Assembly (NCBI GenBank): GCA_043813875.1
Contig: JBDRKP010000013.1
Coordinates: 1 to 20,853, forward strand
Origin: an archaeon
GTDB lineage: Archaea > EX4484-52 > B79-G9
DNA: 20,853 bases
Direction of reading: 5' to 3'
Part shown: positions 17,640 to 20,853 of the stretch, piece after piece
Position numbering within the stretch: position 1 is the first letter of the stretch
Layout of the letters: each line of letters starts with the position of its first letter
Program-made: the position numbers and the translations under genes
Notes under the pieces: generated by a model
Seen by the model: only the letters and a program-made list of their open reading frames with translations
The model's database searches: none
Told to the model about the DNA's origin: nothing

Positions 17640-18557
17640 TCATCCCTTTTTTCCCGCCACAAGAATACCGACAAGAATCTCTGGCGAATACACCCCTATT
17701 TCAGTGACAATCTCAAAGACATACTCCTTTGGCGTCACATCAAAAGCAGGATTCACAACCTTCACACCCCTTATTTTTTTGGTACCTGTGACTTCCCTGC
17801 TCGCTCGCTCCTCGATTGGCTCCGGATACCCCAACGCAGTCCTCGGATCATACTTATGAGTCCCGCAAGCCACGATAAAAGGCACCTTGAACTCCTTCGC
17901 CTCGATCGCAAGCTGGAAAGTGCCGATCTTGTTCACAACCTCTCCTTCCGCAGTGATGGCATCAGCCCCCACAAGCACTTTCGTAGCCTTTCGCATCATA
18001 GAAGCAGAACAGGAATCAATACAATAGACAACCTTAATCTTCTCTTTTGCAAGCTCCCTGGCAGTGATCGTCCCCTGGTAAAGCGGCCTGGTCTCAGTCA
18101 CCACGACAGTAAAATCCTTGCCCTGCCTCTTTGCAGCCCTCAGTATCTCAATCACGCAATTGCTGTGGCAGTGCGTCATGATGACATCCCCGCTCGAAAT
18201 CATCCGCGCCCCATAAGTCGCGATTTTCTTAAGAGCCAGCTGCGTCTCCTTGATATAATTCCCATAAAGCCGGGCAGCATATGCCTTCAGATCCTTCACA
18301 GGAAGAGCGCTCCTTGCCCCTACCTTCGAAATAATCATATCTTGCCCGTACCTCAAAGCAGGCTCAGTAGGGCGCAAAGCAGCCACCTGTCGCGAGATAT
18401 CTTTAAGCTCGCAGACAAACGCAACTGAATCGACAGCATGAGACTGCTTCGCCGCAAGCATCAGTATCCGCGCCCCGGCCACCGCCACGTTCCGCGCGCC
18501 CTGGATTTTGACCGACTTTATATCCATCATGATTTTTTTGATGTTCTTATCACTCAT
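17640..18557 (-). CDS. Ribose-1,5-bisphosphate isomerase (eIF2B alpha/beta/delta-like family)
   Basis: KIQGA, RPTEPAL, DVIMTHCHS (catalytic Cys), ETRP..QG, VGADAIT (catalytic Asp), NKIGT, NPAFDVTP. Confidence 0.88.
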   Translation of the reverse strand: MSDKNIKKIMMDIKSVKIQGARNVAVAGARILMLAAKQSHAVDSVAFVCELKDISRQVAALRPTEPALRYGQDMIISKVGARSALPVKDLKAYAARLYGNYIKETQLALKKIATYGARMISSGDVIMTHCHSNCVIEILRAAKRQGKDFTVVVTETRPLYQGTITARELAKEKIKVVYCIDSCSASMMRKATKVLVGADAITAEGEVVNKIGTFQLAIEAKEFKVPFIVACGTHKYDPRTALGYPEPIEERASREVTGTKKIRGVKVVNPAFDVTPKEYVFEIVTEIGVYSPEILVGILVAGKKG

Positions 18558-18582
18558 AGATATCCTTTTTGGATTACAGTAT

Positions 18583-18590
18583 ATTTATAA
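18583..18590 (-). promoter_or_regulatory. Putative TATA box for R15P isomerase-CYTH-Yip1 unit
   Basis: Minus strand TTATAAAT about 26 nt upstream of ATG 18557. Confidence 0.5.
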
Positions 18591-18654
18591 TTAGAGACAA
18601 TCCATGATTAGAGACAACAAACAAGACACAACAATTAACCAGCATCAACCAGCA
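18590..18654. repeat. Two short direct-repeat pairs
   Basis: ATTAGAGACAA at 18590-18600 and 18607-18617; AACCAGCA at 18637-18644 and 18647-18654. Confidence 0.7.
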
Positions 18655-18661
18655 ATAGTCA

Positions 18662-19267
18662 TCAGTCTAATTTTTTATATATGCTATAAAAACGCTGCAC
18701 AAAAGTGACCAAAGACAATACCAGTATCAAGTAAACCGAAAAAAGAACCGCGCCCGGGAAAAAATAAGACATGACCACCCCCGCAAACAAAATCGCATAC
18801 CGGTCTGACCGCCCAACGATACCGCCATAATAACGCTCCTTTGCAACCGCTTGCGCCTGTGTTCCAAGATAAGAGACCAAAACCATGCATACCAGCGCAA
18901 GAAGAACCACATCATTCGGCATGAACGGATTATACGCAAGCCCGACGAACACAAACACATCCGCAAGCCGGTCAACAGTGTGATCAAGAAAATCCCCTTT
19001 TTTACTGGACCTGTTTCTCTTCCTTGCGATCTCCCCGTCAAGGATATCCAGAAACCCGCACAACCCCAAAAAAAGCGCTGCAACATAGATGCTGTTGACC
19101 CAGAAAAAATACCCGGACAATATGCCGCAAAAAAGCGACATGACAGTCACACTATTAGGGCTCACGCCTACGACAAACGGGCTCAATATCCGCTGTCTCA
19201 AAAGAGGATACTTTTTCACCAATTGCGGCAGAATATCAAATCCCCCCAGCACCAAAAATATGAACAA
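18662..19267 (-). CDS. CDP-alcohol phosphatidyltransferase (archaetidylinositol-phosphate/archaetidylglycerophosphate synthase-like)
   Basis: SPNSVT and DILDGEIAR...GDFLDHTVDRLAD signature. Start uncertain (TTG 19267 or a downstream GTG). Confidence 0.92.
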   Translation of the reverse strand: MFIFLVLGGFDILPQLVKKYPLLRQRILSPFVVGVSPNSVTVMSLFCGILSGYFFWVNSIYVAALFLGLCGFLDILDGEIARKRNRSSKKGDFLDHTVDRLADVFVFVGLAYNPFMPNDVVLLALVCMVLVSYLGTQAQAVAKERYYGGIVGRSDRYAILFAGVVMSYFFPGAVLFSVYLILVLSLVTFVQRFYSIYKKLD

Positions 19268-19325
19268 TCATCTCAGCTTTCACACAAACACCTAACATCT
19301 ATTTGACACTTGAATCTTAATATAG

Positions 19326-19804
19326 TTAAGGTCTATACTTTCAAGACCAAACATTAACAAAAACCAATAGACCTTAATCTATCCGGGCGAATCTCTGATT
19401 CGCTGGACAGTAAAAATAGCATCTCTATTTTTACATGTATGGCAAAGTCATCAGTCTATTTTTGGCTTTTTTGAAAACTTGTTTTTCAAAATAAGCACGT
19501 TTTCAATTTCGCAAATAAAACGAATTTGAGGCATCGCCTATCCCCGCAGCAAGCTACGGGGTATTACGGCGATGCTAATTATTAAGATATCAACTCATCA
19601 AAGCCCCCATTAAAGTGCACACGTTCAAAATCGCAGCAAGCTGCGGGGTATTAAACCCAGAACTGGAATAAACTTGCGAAATGCCAGAAAGCTTGGCACG
19701 ATTTTGAACCATTAAGAATATGGTTCGGTTCAAAAGCTTGGAAATTCGAAGAATTTCCATGAAGTGCCATGAAAAAGTTATGACTTTGACTATAATAATA
19801 GTCA
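19326..19804. other. Non-coding region tiled with about 11 inverted repeats (candidate structured RNA or palindromic-element cluster)
   Basis: Stems read directly: 19326-19377, 19387-19403, 19410-19434, 19465-19496, 19503-19529, 19531-19575, 19632-19645, 19682-19698, 19702-19735, 19740-19758, 19787-19804. Confidence 0.65.
19531..19672. repeat. Duplicated GC-rich palindrome, possible IS200/IS605-type non-autonomous or REP-like element
   Basis: CGCAGCAAGCT(A/G)CGGGGTATTA at 19545-19566 and 19632-19653 (21/22 identical). The first copy is nested in a GCATCGCC/GGCGATGC stem. Confidence 0.6.
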
Positions 19805-19827
19805 CACACACCTAAAAGACATAGAAA

Positions 19828-20853
19828 TCATCCCCATCTTCCAAGCGTAGTCTGCTTCTTCTGGTCCTTGAGCTTATCCAGCTTCCCGAACATATTCTCT
19901 ATCCGCTCAACTGAAAAATCATGCCTGTCGCAGAGGATGTGCCTTATCTTATCGCGATCAGCCTCAAGCTCCCCGATATCATAATCATCAGTCACCGGCG
20001 GGTTAAGGAAGAAATCATGTATCTGCTGCGCGCTCACATCAAAATTCCACTCGACATTCTCCATAAGCTCCGGAAGCGTCTTGTATTGCTTCACAAGCTT
20101 AAGAGCATTCTTCGGCCCGATACCCTTGATGCCGCCCGGATTATAATCCGTGCCTATAAGGATCCCAAGATTGATCAGTTGCTCCTGGTCTATACCCAGC
20201 GATTCAGTAAGCGCCTTTAGCTCGATGATCTCCGGCTTGATATCCTTGTAGATATTCGTACCCGCAAGCTTCCGCTTCCCTGTGATGTTCAGGTTCCTGA
20301 TAAGCCTCGGCGCTCCGAAAAGGACAGAATCAAGATCACTTGACGCCACAGCATAGGCGACCCCCTTCTTCGCCATATAAGACGCCTGCGCCTCACCCTC
20401 TGACGGTGCCTCGACAACAGGAATGCCAAGCGCGACAAGAAGCTCCTTCGCCTCGGCAAGCATTCCTGAAGTAATCTCCACAGACGCCTGCGCATACTTC
20501 TTCGCATCCTTCAACTCACCCCTGGCAATCGCCTCATCCCACTTCTCCTTCGCCGCTGCCCGTATCTTCCGCCTCTCGCTATTAGTCTTTGACTTGAACT
20601 CAGGCGGCTTCCCGTCAAACACATAGACAAGCTTCACGCCCTCCTCCATAAGATTCAGCGACCTGTAGAATACGCCCGACAGATGGCTCGTGATATTGCC
20701 CTTATCATCCTTGAGCGGCGTGCCGTCATACTGCCTGATGATCGAAAGGAACTGATACAACGTGTTGAGCGCATCCACAGCAAGCGTCTTGCCCCTGATT
20801 TCCGAAAGCGAAAGCTCCCTCCGGGGTACAATATCAGAAATCTTGACACCCAT
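19828..20853 (-). CDS. fen: Flap endonuclease 1
   Basis: MGV N-terminus, AVDALNTLYQFL, ITSHLSG, VFDGKPP, EAPSEGEAQA, SSDLD, GTDYNPGGIKGIGPK, C-terminal PIP box QTTLGRW. Confidence 0.98.
   Translation of the reverse strand: MGVKISDIVPRRELSLSEIRGKTLAVDALNTLYQFLSIIRQYDGTPLKDDKGNITSHLSGVFYRSLNLMEEGVKLVYVFDGKPPEFKSKTNSERRKIRAAAKEKWDEAIARGELKDAKKYAQASVEITSGMLAEAKELLVALGIPVVEAPSEGEAQASYMAKKGVAYAVASSDLDSVLFGAPRLIRNLNITGKRKLAGTNIYKDIKPEIIELKALTESLGIDQEQLINLGILIGTDYNPGGIKGIGPKNALKLVKQYKTLPELMENVEWNFDVSAQQIHDFFLNPPVTDDYDIGELEADRDKIRHILCDRHDFSVERIENMFGKLDKLKDQKKQTTLGRWG

Noticed and set aside
17640..18557. Translation factor eIF2B subunit or MTR-1-P isomerase call
   Set aside because: DVIMTHCHS and NPAFDVTP with the short N-domain fit R15P isomerase better; MtnA normally has THCNAG.LAT.
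19400..19456. Box C/D sRNA (TGATGA on the minus strand)
   Set aside because: No CTGA D box at a suitable distance downstream.
19450..19533. 27-aa minus-strand ORF (MPQIRFICEIENVLILKNKFSKKPKID)
   Set aside because: Too short to support; its start and SD-like site lie within the palindromic stem.
19545..19653. Mini-CRISPR interpretation of the 22-bp repeat
   Set aside because: Only two copies, a 65-nt spacer, and no cas genes.
19590..19811. 73-aa minus-strand ORF in the hairpin region
   Set aside because: It runs through the palindromes (NTPQLAA is the translated repeat), has no ATG start and no HUH or TnpB motifs.
19268..19827. Replication origin next to fen1
   Set aside because: No convincing repeated ORB motifs, no cdc6/orc1 in the window, and C>G skew does not flip across the region.

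Overview
Archaeal chromosomal segment (archaeal-type FEN1 with PIP box, AglB, ribose-1,5-bisphosphate isomerase, TATA-box promoters; a DPANN-like lineage is plausible but is inference). Positions 1-16147 form a protein N-glycosylation/surface-glycan locus. On the + strand: two LPG-synthase/AglD2-type flippase-like proteins, DUF362, a UbiA-family polyprenyl-phosphate phosphoribosyltransferase, a WbpE/WbpB/WbpD-like trio, an atypical GT2, SemiSWEET, a HAD phosphatase and two GT-C-type membrane proteins. These converge on a minus-strand aglB + GlcNAc-1-P transferase pair. Minus-strand genes follow (Yip1, CYTH, R15P isomerase, CDP-alcohol phosphatidyltransferase, FEN1). The best leads are a candidate archaeal lipid-linked pentose (polyprenyl-P-ribose) glycosylation pathway with DUF362 and no DprE1/E2 in view, and a ~480-bp non-coding region downstream of fen1 tiled by about 11 stem-loops, including a duplicated 22-bp GC-rich palindrome. 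All calls are by motif recognition; no searches were run.
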